A DNA stretch of 64,000 nt from the human T2T-CHM13v2.0 reference genome, Homo sapiens. Position numbers and translations under genes: made by a program. Shown here in pieces: positions 51,206-63,400 of the stretch. Numbering within the stretch: position 1 is the first letter of the stretch; every line of letters begins with the position of its first letter. Location: the NCBI RefSeq assembly GCF_009914755.1, contig NC_060933.1. One strand, 5' to 3'. The notes beneath the pieces were generated by a model, which worked only from the letters and a program-made list of their open reading frames with translations, ran no database searches and was not told where the DNA came from.

Positions 51206-54133
51206 AGATTGGCATTTATATGCCTCTGAATAATAAAATGTAAGGGAATGAATTTAATCAGGAAAAAAAATCTTAGAAAATATGAGAAGAAAATCTTGTA
51301 AAACAGGTCCTTTGTACAAAAAGGTTGAACGTCATGATCTAATCTCTTCATTTAACAAAATGATCAAAGTAAGGGCCTCAAAAGACTTGCTCTCAAGGTG
51401 AAGATGGCAGGCAGAGACATCATACCTACTGTCGCTTTTTGGTTTTAGTGATCTGAGAACAAATTCCTTAATGGCTGGATAGGCATTTCTGTATGTTTTT
51501 TTTTTTTCTTTTTTTTTTTAAAACAGCTCAACAGTGGATATGCTGAAAAACCTAACTTTGTTGGGCAAAAGTGGGATTTATCATTAAGGATATATGGAAT
51601 TCGAGGCTTGGCTCCTTAACTGAGCACTGTAGTGTTTTCACCTGGTAATAAAGTCTACTGTTGTGTTGGTGGACAAATGTCTAAGCTTTCTGCTCAGTTC
51701 TTGGGATGTAAGAAGTTTTAGGAATAAACTTACTTGCTAAAAGTAGATTGGGGATTGCAAGAGAAAAGAAATTTCTTAGCTTTCATTTTTAGAACATTTC
51801 TAATTTTGGAGTATATTCCAGTCCCATATAGAAACACATATGGATGTTTCTCCTGCTATAAGGTTGCATTAATTTGTTGAAGCAAGGGTGGGGAAACTAA
51901 TGTATCTGAATGGGCCAGTTGGTTAGTTTGATAAGAGAGAAGGACAGCCTTCTGTTGGCTTCTGCTACAGGCAGAAGTCAAGAAGAGGAAAACAAAAAAT
52001 CACAGTCCCCTTGAGTAGGAGGACTTGAAAGCATTTACGGTCTATATAGGCTCAGGCACTGTTTGCCTTTTCAGAAAGCAGGGGTTTAGGACTTTATCCT
52101 CACAGGGTAGTTATATTAGAAACCATGGTTTGGAGAAAGACACACAGACAGGCAGATCCAGGTGCCAGGCTTAGGTAATCAGTTTTGTCTGCTATAAGAA
52201 AATAGACTGGAAGGGTTATTACATCAGGGGCTGCCACTGATGGAGGCAGGCTCAGAATCATTCTCGTCTAAAGCAAGTGAATTGTCTGAATTTTTTGAGC
52301 AAATGATGAGCATACAAAAGTGAGCAAGTCTCAGGGAGATTAGATTGAGATTTTCCCCCAGATAAAAGAAGTTATTTCAGCAAAACTTCCTCACACACTC
52401 CGCAAGCCACTGGCCATACATCATTTTTTTTTTCTTTGCATAGTAATAGAAAACAAGGTAAGTTGTTAAAAATGGTTTCTGGATTCATTCACTGAATCTG
52501 TAAAATTGAGACTTGGTATGTTTGGCTGAATCTTGTGAGGCACGAACACTTTGGGCCATGAAGACGCACCCAAGGCCCAAGGTCAGTCAGGCTGACCAGC
52601 CCCCAGGGAAAGTTCTCAATTCATGTCTTGGTCTTTCATGATGTGGAAGATGACTTGTACTGCAGCTTCTGCTTACTCTGCGTCTTAATCAGTTCTGTAA
52701 TGAAGACCCAGCAGCATATCTGCAACTTCCCTTTAATTTTACAATTTTTGTAATGAGAGTTCTTGTGTGAAAAGTGTCTGTAGAAACCCAGCCAGCATTC
52801 TGAAGAGTCGATAAAGCAACACCGTGATTTTCTGTCTCTGCTGTTTGGGCGAGGTTTAGCTCTGGGGGGGGAGAAATCAGTTATCTGTTGTTCTAAGTAC
52901 AAGGGCAAGAAGAGCTGCAGTTTCCAAGGAACTTCCTGGTGAACCCATGACATTTCAGAGAATTCCTCAATACTTATTATTTCTCACTTACTCATTCTTA
53001 GGACACCAAGAATGGGTTCCCATCATTTGAAAGGACATGATGAGCTGGAATCTCATTTATCATGGTTGCATTTTGAGAATTTCATTGAGGGGGAGTCGTC
53101 TTCATTTTGTTTTGTTTTGTTTCTAAACCACATCTCAAGAAAATTGTCAAGACGCTTCTCAGAATTAGAATTATCCAGTGAACTGCAAGTTCCCCTTTAC
53201 AGACAATGAAGTCTAAAGCTACTGAGATATCAGCCTGCTTCCTCCCTTTCTTTTCTTGTCCCTTCTCTTCTTTTATCTCCTTATTCAAATCACACGCTTC
53301 CTTTTCTACGGACAGGAGAGCTGGCAGACTGCCTATTGGCCTGTTGGCCTCAATTAGCCTTATATCATTGCAAAGGAATGCATGAATTCTCCAGAAGGTA
53401 TGTAGTATCTCTTTCTGTATGAGACACTTACTACCTGCTTTCATAACAGGTCACTCAGCCGGAATGACTTCTTATTTACATATCCAACATTTTTAGCCAC
53501 TTGGATTACATCCCTAGATGCTCATTTCATTTTAATGATGATTCCAAAGGTATCTATTAAGAAATAGTACTCCAGCATACTCTGTAGTACTTGAAAACTT
53601 TATGCAGGAGAGCGATCCTAAAATAAAAAGTAACCTGAAGGCTAGCATCCTTGGCCAGTAGGTGATTGGGTTATTAATCTGCAAATTGCCTGCTTCAGAC
53701 TTTGTGCTTATATACAAGGTCCCACAGATGGACCAGGCCAACTGTATACAACAGAGGCCACATGCATTGGCAGGACTTCATCTCATGGTATTTCCCTGCT
53801 ACTATTTAACTTCAGTCTCATATTGGGGGTTACATATGTGATTGCAAATTAATCCTTTCTCTTCTGAAAATTTGGTTTTGAAGAACAGCTGTGTCTCCCT
53901 TCTGAATTCCTTAATTATTTATCCTCCCTGATATGTTAAACCTTTCATTAGTGTGGTGAATTGCCAAGAGTACACAGAACTGCTTAGATCATGTAGCAAA
54001 AAGTATAAACATTTGATAGGTCATTTGAAGACTACATGGTGAGCCAGAATCTGTAGTAGTACCAAATGCTATGGGATTGTTGGAGGTAGCTTGTTGTTGG
54101 AAGTTGCTTGTTGGTTTATTTTGCTGGTTTATT

Positions 54134-54145
54134 ATTTTTTTATAT

Positions 54146-54184
<39 letters not shown>

Positions 54185-54468
54185 TTTTGTGACAGAGTCT
54201 CACTCTGCCACCCAGGCTGGAGTGCAGTGGCGCGATCTCGGCTCACTGCAACCTTCTTCTCCCGGGTTCAAGCAATTCTCTGCCTCAGCCTCCTGAGTAG
54301 CTGGGATTACAGGTGCCCACCACCACACCCGGCTAATTTTTTTTATTTTTAGTAGAAACAGGGTTTCACCATGTTGACCAGACTGGTCTCGAACTCCTGA
54401 CCTCCTGATTCATCCACCTCGGCCTCCCAAAGTGCTGGAATTACAGGCGTGAGCCACCACGCCCTGCC
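54134..54468 (-). mobile_element. Alu (AluS-type) with tail converted to (TTTA)n
   Basis: (TTTA)n ~54144-54188, body 54189-54468. Perfect TSD TGCTGGTTTATT (54122-54133 / 54469-54480). Confidence 0.96.
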
Positions 54469-57400
54469 TGCTGGTTTATTGTTTTACACTATAACATGGA
54501 GATAGTACCGATGTCATTTGTATTTATTCAGAAAAGAACTGATTCTGCCCCCAGCTCTTGTTAAATTTGGAGGGCATATGCCCATATATGAGTTAAAATT
54601 AAATCAAGAAAATTAATTACATATATCTGTATGTCATTAATTATATCTATAATTATGTGTGTTTGTGTATAGATATATATATTTAGACATTCTATATTTG
54701 CATTTGTAGATTTGATTCCATAACTGCTGTTCCTGAAAGAGATTTCACCTCAACTTTTCAGGTCATTACTCTTTGGAAAGATGCTTTAAATGATTATTAA
54801 ATTATTAGAACTTCCACTTCAGCCATAACAAGTGTAAATGATTAGTAGTGATAGAGAACTTCCCTTGTTGCTAAGAATAGCAACCCAACATTTATAAGTT
54901 TACTAGTGCCTTTTTAAAAAAAATCATTTTTCATCTTAAGGTCCTGGGGCTTGCAACTGAAAATATTAATCTCCCAATACACATCACAAATCTTTGACCT
55001 CAGCATATCAACAATTTCTGATCTGCAAATACATTTTTTAGAATGATCTTTAGTCTCTTGATTTTTCTGTTTTTCTAGCTGAACTATTCCAGAATTTATG
55101 TATTCTATTACCTGTCCTTGGATAATTGGTTTTTCCATTCATAAGAAAGAAAACTAAGAAAAGTTCAAACAACAGGTGCTAATGAGAGCCTTTTATTAGA
55201 ATTATGATTGAGGAGAACTGGGAAGTTTAGTGTCTTATAAATGAAACTAGGTTTCTGGAGTGGACAGAGGAAAAGCACCTTATGGTGTTTCTGGTTCTAT
55301 TTCTCAAAGGCTTTGAAGGTTATAATTAGTTGCTACTGAATCACATGGCTGTGGTGCTTCACAGCTTTATTTCTGGGCTGCAGTCCTTCAGTCAGAGAAC
55401 AGGTTAGATCCAGGCAAGGCCTATGCCTTTTAATTTGATCACTTCCTGAAGAGAGCTGGGATTTTGACTTGAGGACCACATTTATGCTCCTGGGCCCTCA
55501 AACTAAAGAGCAGTGTTTGCCAAGCTGACCTGGACCAAGTGATGGTGGCGGGCCTGTAAGAATGCTGTACAATGTCAACACCTCCCCGCTCCGGTTACGT
55601 CTGAGCAGTGAGTTGGAAGGATGGACGATGAAGCTGTGGTTTGTCTCCTTCCTCCTTCACAGGAGGGAAAACTGAGGCAAATGGATCTCTGGAATTCTGA
55701 GCACAGAAAGTAGGTGGGCAGGTGGTATAAATTAAAATTGGTGTTCTTAAGATTGAAAATGAGCAGGCTTTGTCCATAATTTACTTTTCCCCATTTCTGT
55801 ATATATGTTTCAAATCTTTGACATCATCTCTGGATGTTCTTTATATCTTAAAGAGTTTGTCAAACATAAACAATTGGATTGTGGGTTTGCCCATCAAAAC
55901 CCCACATTTTGAAATCCTTCAAACTGTAAATGCAAACTGAACAAACCAGCAACGAATAAGTAGTACTAAAGGCAGTGACTAATTAGGATGGTTTAGGGGT
56001 TTCATGTTAGGAGGACCAGTCACATTAGGTGCCAGTTATTTTAGAATGAATCTGTGTTCACCTTGCAGGGATCATGATGGGTGGTGTTTAAAGTCTAGGC
56101 ATCTGAGGTCTATTTGACCTTGAAGGGCCTAGACATATATCTGGGGTAGAAGACAGGGATGCTTGTTTGATATGTAGATTCATCTCATGACCTTTTGAAA
56201 TAGACTCTTTTTAGTTAGTTCAGAAACTTCCTCTTTTACTTTTGATTTTGCTGATTTTGGTGAGAAAAAATATTGCTAATTTCATAATCATAGTATTATT
56301 AAATGAAGTCAATAGATATGAGATCAAAGCTTTTAACTTAAAATCATAATTTTATAGCAGATCAGTGACTAGGTTAGCCTCTTAGGGTTGCTGCTCTTCG
56401 GGATTGATGAAGAAGATATGCAGAGCTTATTTCTCACCTTTTTTTTTTTTCCTCGGTTTTGGTTTCTTAGAGGATTACCATCTGCTGCAAAAACATATGA
56501 ATGGGTCATCGTCATGTCCAGTGTGTTTTTGTCTCTGTCCTTCTCTACTCCCTTCCCCTCCACTTGCTGTCACTTTTTGCACATGTGCCCATGTACCATC
56601 TCATAAACATATCAAGTTTCTCTCTCTTTGATTGGGCCATGCCAGCAACTTCTATTTTCTTCTTCTGTCAGCGTCTTCAGGAGAAATGTGTACACAAAAG
56701 CAAGATGGCTTTCAAAGTAGGCTACATCCTCCTTTCAGTACTTGGTGCAGACATGAAATTGAAGGCCATTCAGCTCTACCTGATGCTGGTTCTCTCAGCG
56801 GCCTGGAGATTAACCTCTTCTAAGGCTCTGAGCTATTTTTGAGGCAGAGGCTGCAACAACATTAAAGCTAGAACCCATTAGGAAATCACTTTCATCATCT
56901 CTTCTTTTTCCAAATCAGTGACTCTTTTTCTGATCTCATAACCCTTTAATCTCCTTTGTAGCAGAACAAGGAGATTGTTAGTTTATGTTTGTGTCCAGTG
57001 AAGTTAGCATCCTTGATAATAGCTTCAGAAGACACCAAGATATTAGAGAACTACATAGAGAGATGAATTTCATTTCTAGGTGGATGACTTAATGCCGAAG
57101 GTGCCCTGCTTTCCTTCTGCAGAACCGTAACTTCTGTTGATGTTGTGCAAATCAGGCTCAAACTTTCCAAAAGACACACAGCAGAAAGCCTTTTGTTGCA
57201 TTATTTCTAAAGGCTTGAAGTTTTGAAGGGAAGAGATTTTGTTTTCCTCTCTGCTACACAATGGAGCTTTCAGAGAACCTCCTTTAAAAGGAATAGCTAC
57301 AGCCTTTGTGTTGAAGGGTGTGTCTGTTGGCAGGGTCTGCTGATGCAGACAGACTGGCTGGTGATTAACAAAGGTCATTAGACTTTGGAATCTGGCAAGC

Positions 57401-59647
57401 AGAGTCGGATGGTATGTCTTCTGTGTGTGGAAGGACGACTTCCAAGAAGCCAAGGCATTCTGGAGGTCCCCCCACTGCACCCCTAAATCCTGATGTAGAA
57501 CAGGATCTGGCCCAGGGTCATCCTGCTCTGACCAGGGCTCTGCTGGGACTAACAAACCAGCATATCAATCATGGAATAAAAGAACCTTTGGAGATCTTGG
57601 TGAATGACATTTGAGGAGGAGAAAGGTGCTGCTTTTCAGAGAGAAATGAAAACAGTTAATTCTTTGTTGGGAAGAGAAGAGCATAGGAGGAGCCCAGCCT
57701 GCTCTTCTAGCATTCATTTCTGATTGTTAGCCTAGCAGACTCCAGGAGAAGCCATGTTGTGCACGGAGGAGAAGCTCTGAGCTAAAATGGCTGCCCCTAA
57801 AGCTCAGAGGACTAGGGCAGCTTAGTGAGTCTTAGAGCTTCAGTGACGCAGGAGCTCATATCTCTTGAAAGTGTGATAAACACATTCAGCAGAGCTGTGG
57901 CTTGTTTGGCTGAGATGAAAGGACTAAGCTTGGGGGATGGGGAGTGCACACTGGATGATCTGCTTTTTTCTGTGAAGTGTTCTAAATGCAGGAGTTGTCT
58001 GCACCATGGAAAAATTTGTTTTCAGGTCTAATGGACTGTGCGAAAGGAGAAGTGGGGTGGGGCCTCAGTGACTGCTGTAATTTGATCCAGAGCTGATAGC
58101 AACCTCTTCCACACAATTTGGGTTGGTGCTTAGACATAAAAGCTTGTGTATCTGGAATATTGAGACTTAGCTGAAAAGAGTCTGGTGCACAGTTCAATGT
58201 TTATTGAAAAAGGATAAATTGCTGGGTGAAAGAAGAGGAGGTAAATATCTGCGGCTCACTCTGCAAGCTCAGTCTGTCCAGAACTGGACTTGCCAGAAGT
58301 TATTTTAGCAGGCGATCAGGAGGAGCATTCTTTGATAGAAAATCCTTGTGTGATGGCTCCTTTCACTACATTGATGTATTATTACTGGACTTTTTTGTTC
58401 CTGCAGAAATAATTTATCTTTTACAGTAAAAGTATAGAGTATTACATCATAAAATACATTGGCTACGGTGTTAGTTCTTGGACATCTGGTTCTAGATTAC
58501 AGTGACTCAGTAGAGTTTGTGATGATCTTACTGAAGTAACTTACTCATTAGATAATAACAGGGTATCTCAACTTAGGATATACATTAAGATAGGAAGGAC
58601 TCCACCTTTCTAATACATTTTTGACTTCTTGATGGTGGGACTCTCCTTTGAGTTAGTGTGTAGCTTTCTGTATATTTCAGTCACAAAGTAAATAGCAGAA
58701 TGAAGGTAGCTGGGCAAGTTTTGATTTATTCCACGGTAGGTTCACAGCTTTTTGCATCCAGGTATGTGCTTCATGTTTGTAAAGGAAAGAAGTGGAAAAA
58801 GGTAAAGTCATGACTTAGAAGCCCTTCTTCAAAAATGCAAGTTTCTGTTGTCTTCATGCAAATTGAGGTGCCAAGGTGCAACTTTAAACAGAAACTGGAT
58901 TGTCATCCAAAGTTGGTTGTTTGAAAATCTCATGAGGAATATTTTATGACCTAATTAGATTGAAGAAGCTGTTAGGTTATAATTGGTAGGTAGTAAAACA
59001 GCAAATAGTCATTTAGCTCATGGAAAAAAAAACCCACAACTAAACTATTTGGAGAAGGGAGGAAAGAGAGGTGCACCCCAATATCAGCAAAGTTATTAAA
59101 GTAAGAAAAGCTACAATAAAAATGCTCTACCTCCACCCCCAAGATTTAAATACTATTTCACTAATTGGTGATAAAACACCAAGGTCATAATACTAAATAA
59201 ACAGCTAATGAAGGTTGAAATTTTCCCTTTCTTCTGTGTGGACATCCTCTTTACTTTTGAGATGGTTCCAATTTAAAAAGAAAATGAGTCCAAGGCAGAA
59301 CCAAAGCCAACATTAAGTTACCAAGAAATTTGGATTCAGTGGAGAAGCTCAGAAACTTCTAAAACTTTTGAAGTATTAAGCGTTTCCTTGACAAATGGCA
59401 TTGGAAGACATATCATGCTAGAAAATGTTTATCTGGTATTTTTCCTTCTTTGAAGTTATGAGGTCAAGGACATCATCTCCATTATGTCTGATTGCCTCTC
59501 TTTAGCCAATGTTCCAACTGGCAAAGTCCAATAAGAGAAATCTACTGATACTGGAATTTTTTCCCATTAATGGATATATAGCCCCATCAGCTCGAGGTAT
59601 GTGATTAGTGCATTCCTTAAGATGTTTTGTTCTGACTTCTGCCACAG

Positions 59648-59677
59648 GTTCCTAATGTGAGAGGCTAGACCCAGATC
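59648..59677 (+). other. ZNF462: 5'-UTR portion (30 nt) of the ATG-containing exon
   Basis: Pyrimidine-rich ttttgttctgacttctgccaCAG|G acceptor at 59647/59648, followed by 30 nt to the ATG. Confidence 0.85.
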
Positions 59678-59897
59678 ATGGAGGTGCTTCAGTGTGATGG
59701 CTGTGATTTCCGAGCCCCGTCTTATGAAGATCTCAAGGCACACATTCAGGATGTCCACACGGCATTTCTGCAGCCAACTGATGTTGCTGAGGACAATGTG
59801 AATGAGCTACGATGTGGGTCCGTGAATGCCAGTAATCAGACAGAGGTGGAGTTTTCTTCTATAAAGGATGAATTTGCCATTGCAGAAGATTTATCAG
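59678..59897 (+). CDS. ZNF462: ZNF462 first coding exon (coding part; residues 1-73 plus 1 nt of Gly74), contains C2H2 finger 1
   Basis: ATG at 59678 in strong context (atcATGg). Translation MEVLQCDGCDFRAPSYEDLKAHIQDVH...AEDLSG matches the ZNF462 N-terminus as I recall it. In-frame TAG at 59666-59668 upstream. Donor CAG|GTAAAT at 59897/59898, phase 1. Confidence 0.96.
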
Positions 59898-60426
59898 GTA
59901 AATCTATACTAAACTTGGCACGGCCGATGTATTTTAATTGCTCTTGTTTCCTTTTAGCCTGTAGCCATGGTTCTTAATATACGTGGCTTTTGCAGAGTTT
60001 CTTGTGCTTTGCTAGCCATTTTTGTGGTTTGGGCATCATGTATCTCTCCTTGAGTACCTTAGGTTTTATCCTTTCGAAAGCTTCCTCATATATCCTACCT
60101 TTCAATTTGGAGAACAAGATAGTTGCTTGGAAAGTTCTAGAAAAAGTAGTACAATTTATGCAACTTGTATTTTTATAGCTGTGTGGCTCATTTATGGAGA
60201 TGAGGAGAATACCTAAAGCTATACACTGCATCTTTATCCATGAGAAGGTGCAGTACGTATATCTTCATTGATGCTTTGTGAATACTCTTCAAGGCCTCAT
60301 CTTGAGACTTCAGGCCTTTTGCATGTGATGTTTAGTAATGAAGAATAATTGGAATGGTACTGATTTGCATGATTGGATATTTTAATTATCTTTTGCTTTG
60401 TCACTTTCCTTATGCTTTTTCTTTAG
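59898..60426 (+). other. ZNF462: 529-nt GT-AG intron between the two coding exons
   Basis: GTAAAT...polypyrimidine tract-TAG; removing it joins the two frames without a break. Confidence 0.93.
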
Positions 60427-63400
60427 GTCAAAATGCAACTTCATTGGGGACCGGAGGTTACTATGGCCACAGTCCAGGATATTATGGTCAGCATATTGCC
60501 GCTAATCCCAAACCAACAAACAAGTTTTTTCAATGCAAGTTCTGTGTACGCTACTTCAGGTCAAAAAACCTCCTCATAGAACACACTAGAAAGGTCCATG
60601 GAGCTCAAGCTGAAGGGAGTTCATCAGGACCCCCTGTCCCGGGATCCTTAAATTATAATATCATGATGCACGAGGGATTTGGAAAGGTCTTCTCTTGCCA
60701 GTTTTGCACATACAAGTCACCAAGAAGGGCAAGAATAATTAAGCATCAGAAGATGTATCACAAAAACAATTTGAAGGAGACCACTGCTCCCCCACCTGCT
60801 CCTGCTCCAATGCCAGACCCTGTGGTTCCGCCCGTATCACTGCAGGACCCCTGCAAGGAACTGCCAGCAGAGGTTGTGGAGCGCAGCATCTTAGAGTCTA
60901 TGGTCAAGCCTTTGACCAAATCTCGAGGCAACTTTTGTTGTGAGTGGTGCAGCTACCAGACCCCCCGCCGAGAACGCTGGTGTGACCACATGATGAAGAA
61001 ACACCGCAGTATGGTCAAGATCCTTTCCAGTCTCAGACAGCAACAAGAAGGAACTAATCTACCTGATGTGCCGAACAAGAGTGCCCCCAGCCCCACTTCC
61101 AACTCCACCTATCTGACCATGAATGCTGCAAGCCGGGAGATACCCAATACTACCGTCTCCAACTTCAGGGGCTCCATGGGCAACTCCATCATGAGACCCA
61201 ATTCTTCAGCTTCCAAGTTTTCGCCCATGTCTTACCCTCAGATGAAGCCGAAGTCACCTCACAATTCTGGTCTAGTTAACTTGACAGAGAGATCCCGTTA
61301 TGGAATGACTGACATGACCAATTCTTCTGCTGACCTGGAAACTAACAGCATGCTAAATGACTCTAGTTCTGATGAAGAGTTAAATGAAATAGACAGTGAG
61401 AATGGTTTAAGTGCTATGGATCACCAGACATCAGGCCTGTCTGCAGAGCAGCTGATGGGCTCAGATGGCAACAAATTATTGGAGACCAAGGGGATTCCAT
61501 TTAGAAGATTCATGAATAGGTTCCAGTGCCCCTTTTGTCCTTTCCTCACCATGCATCGACGTAGCATCTCTCGTCACATAGAAAACATCCACTTATCTGG
61601 AAAGACAGCTGTCTACAAATGTGACGAATGTCCGTTTACTTGCAAGAGCTCGTTGAAACTTGGGGCTCACAAACAGTGTCACACGGGTACAACGTCAGAT
61701 TGGGATGCTGTGAATTCCCAGAGTGAAAGCATTTCTTCCTCACTGAATGAAGGTGTGGTGTCTTATGAGAGCTCAAGCATCAATGGTAGAAAGTCAGGAG
61801 TCATGTTGGATCCCTTGCAGCAGCAACAGCCACCGCAGCCACCACCACCGCCGCCGCCACCACCACCATCACAGCCACAGCCACTGCAGCAGCCACAGCC
61901 ACCACAGCTGCAGCCACCACATCAGGTGCCACCCCAGCCACAAACACAGCCACCACCAACGCAGCAGCCACAGCCACCCACACAAGCCGCACCTCTGCAC
62001 CCATACAAATGCACCATGTGTAATTACTCCACCACAACTCTGAAAGGGCTAAGAGTCCATCAGCAGCATAAACATTCATTCTGTGACAACTTGCCAAAAT
62101 TCGAGGGGCAGCCCTCAAGCCTACCATTGGAAAATGAGACAGACAGCCACCCCTCTTCCAGCAACACTGTGAAGAAAAGTCAGACCTCAATTCTTGGGTT
62201 GTCCTCCAAGAACAATTTTGTAGCTAAAGCCTCTAGGAAGCTCGCCAATGACTTTCCTCTAGATTTGTCACCCGTGAAGAAGAGAACCAGGATTGACGAG
62301 ATAGCAAGCAACCTTCAGAGCAAAATTAACCAAACCAAACAGCAGGAAGATGCAGTGATCAATGTTGAGGATGATGAAGAGGAAGAGGAAGACAACGAAG
62401 TCGAGATAGAGGTTGAGTTGGACAGGGAGGAAGAACCGACAGAACCCATCATAGAGGTTCCCACTTCCTTTTCTGCCCAACAGATATGGGTAAGAGATAC
62501 CAGTGAGCCCCAGAAAGAGCCCAACTTCAGAAACATCACCCACGATTACAATGCCACCAATGGGGCTGAGATTGAGCTCACCCTTTCTGAAGATGAAGAG
62601 GATTATTATGGCTCCTCAACAAACTTGAAAGATCACCAAGTTTCCAATACTGCTCTGCTGAATACCCAAACTCCCATCTATGGGACTGAGCACAATAGTG
62701 AAAACACAGACTTTGGTGACTCTGGAAGGCTTTACTATTGTAAACACTGTGACTTTAACAACAAATCTGCCCGGAGTGTTAGCACCCACTACCAACGAAT
62801 GCACCCATACATTAAATTCAGCTTTAGGTACATCTTGGACCCCAATGATCACAGTGCAGTGTACAGGTGCCTGGAATGCTACATCGATTACACCAACTTC
62901 GAAGATCTCCAGCAGCATTATGGCGAGCACCACCCAGAAGCCATGAATGTACTCAACTTTGATCACTCGGACCTGATCTACCGGTGTCGGTTTTGTTCAT
63001 ACACGAGCCCGAATGTTAGAAGCCTGATGCCACATTACCAAAGAATGCATCCCACGGTGAAGATCAACAACGCGATGATATTTTCAAGCTATGTCGTGGA
63101 GCAGCAGGAAGGGCTGAATACAGAATCCCAGACCCTGAGGGAGATTCTGAATTCGGCTCCCAAGAACATGGCGACTTCCACACCTGTGGCTCGTGGTGGT
63201 GGTTTGCCAGCTACGTTCAACAAAAACACTCCTAAGACCTTTACTCCTGAATGTGAAAATCAGAAGGACCCTTTGGTCAACACTGTTGTTGTTTATGATT
63301 GTGATGTTTGTTCGTTTGCAAGCCCCAACATGCATTCTGTCTTGGTTCATTATCAGAAGAAACACCCCGAAGAAAAGGCTTCCTACTTTAGGATCCAGAA

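Noticed and set aside
57076-57555. 159-aa minus-strand ORF upstream of the ATG exon
   Set aside because: Non-ATG start, no recognisable domain or codon pattern; length is attainable by chance.
59898-59977. C-terminal 26 codons of the 99-aa ORF 59678-59977
   Set aside because: Read-through into the intron past the GTAAAT donor; the true frame continues at 60427.
61747-62190. His-rich +1-frame ORF and Ala/Val-rich antisense ORF, plus other ORFs overlapping the large exon
   Set aside because: Shadows of the CCA/CAG-rich Pro/Gln codons and of coding-strand codon bias; no independent evidence.
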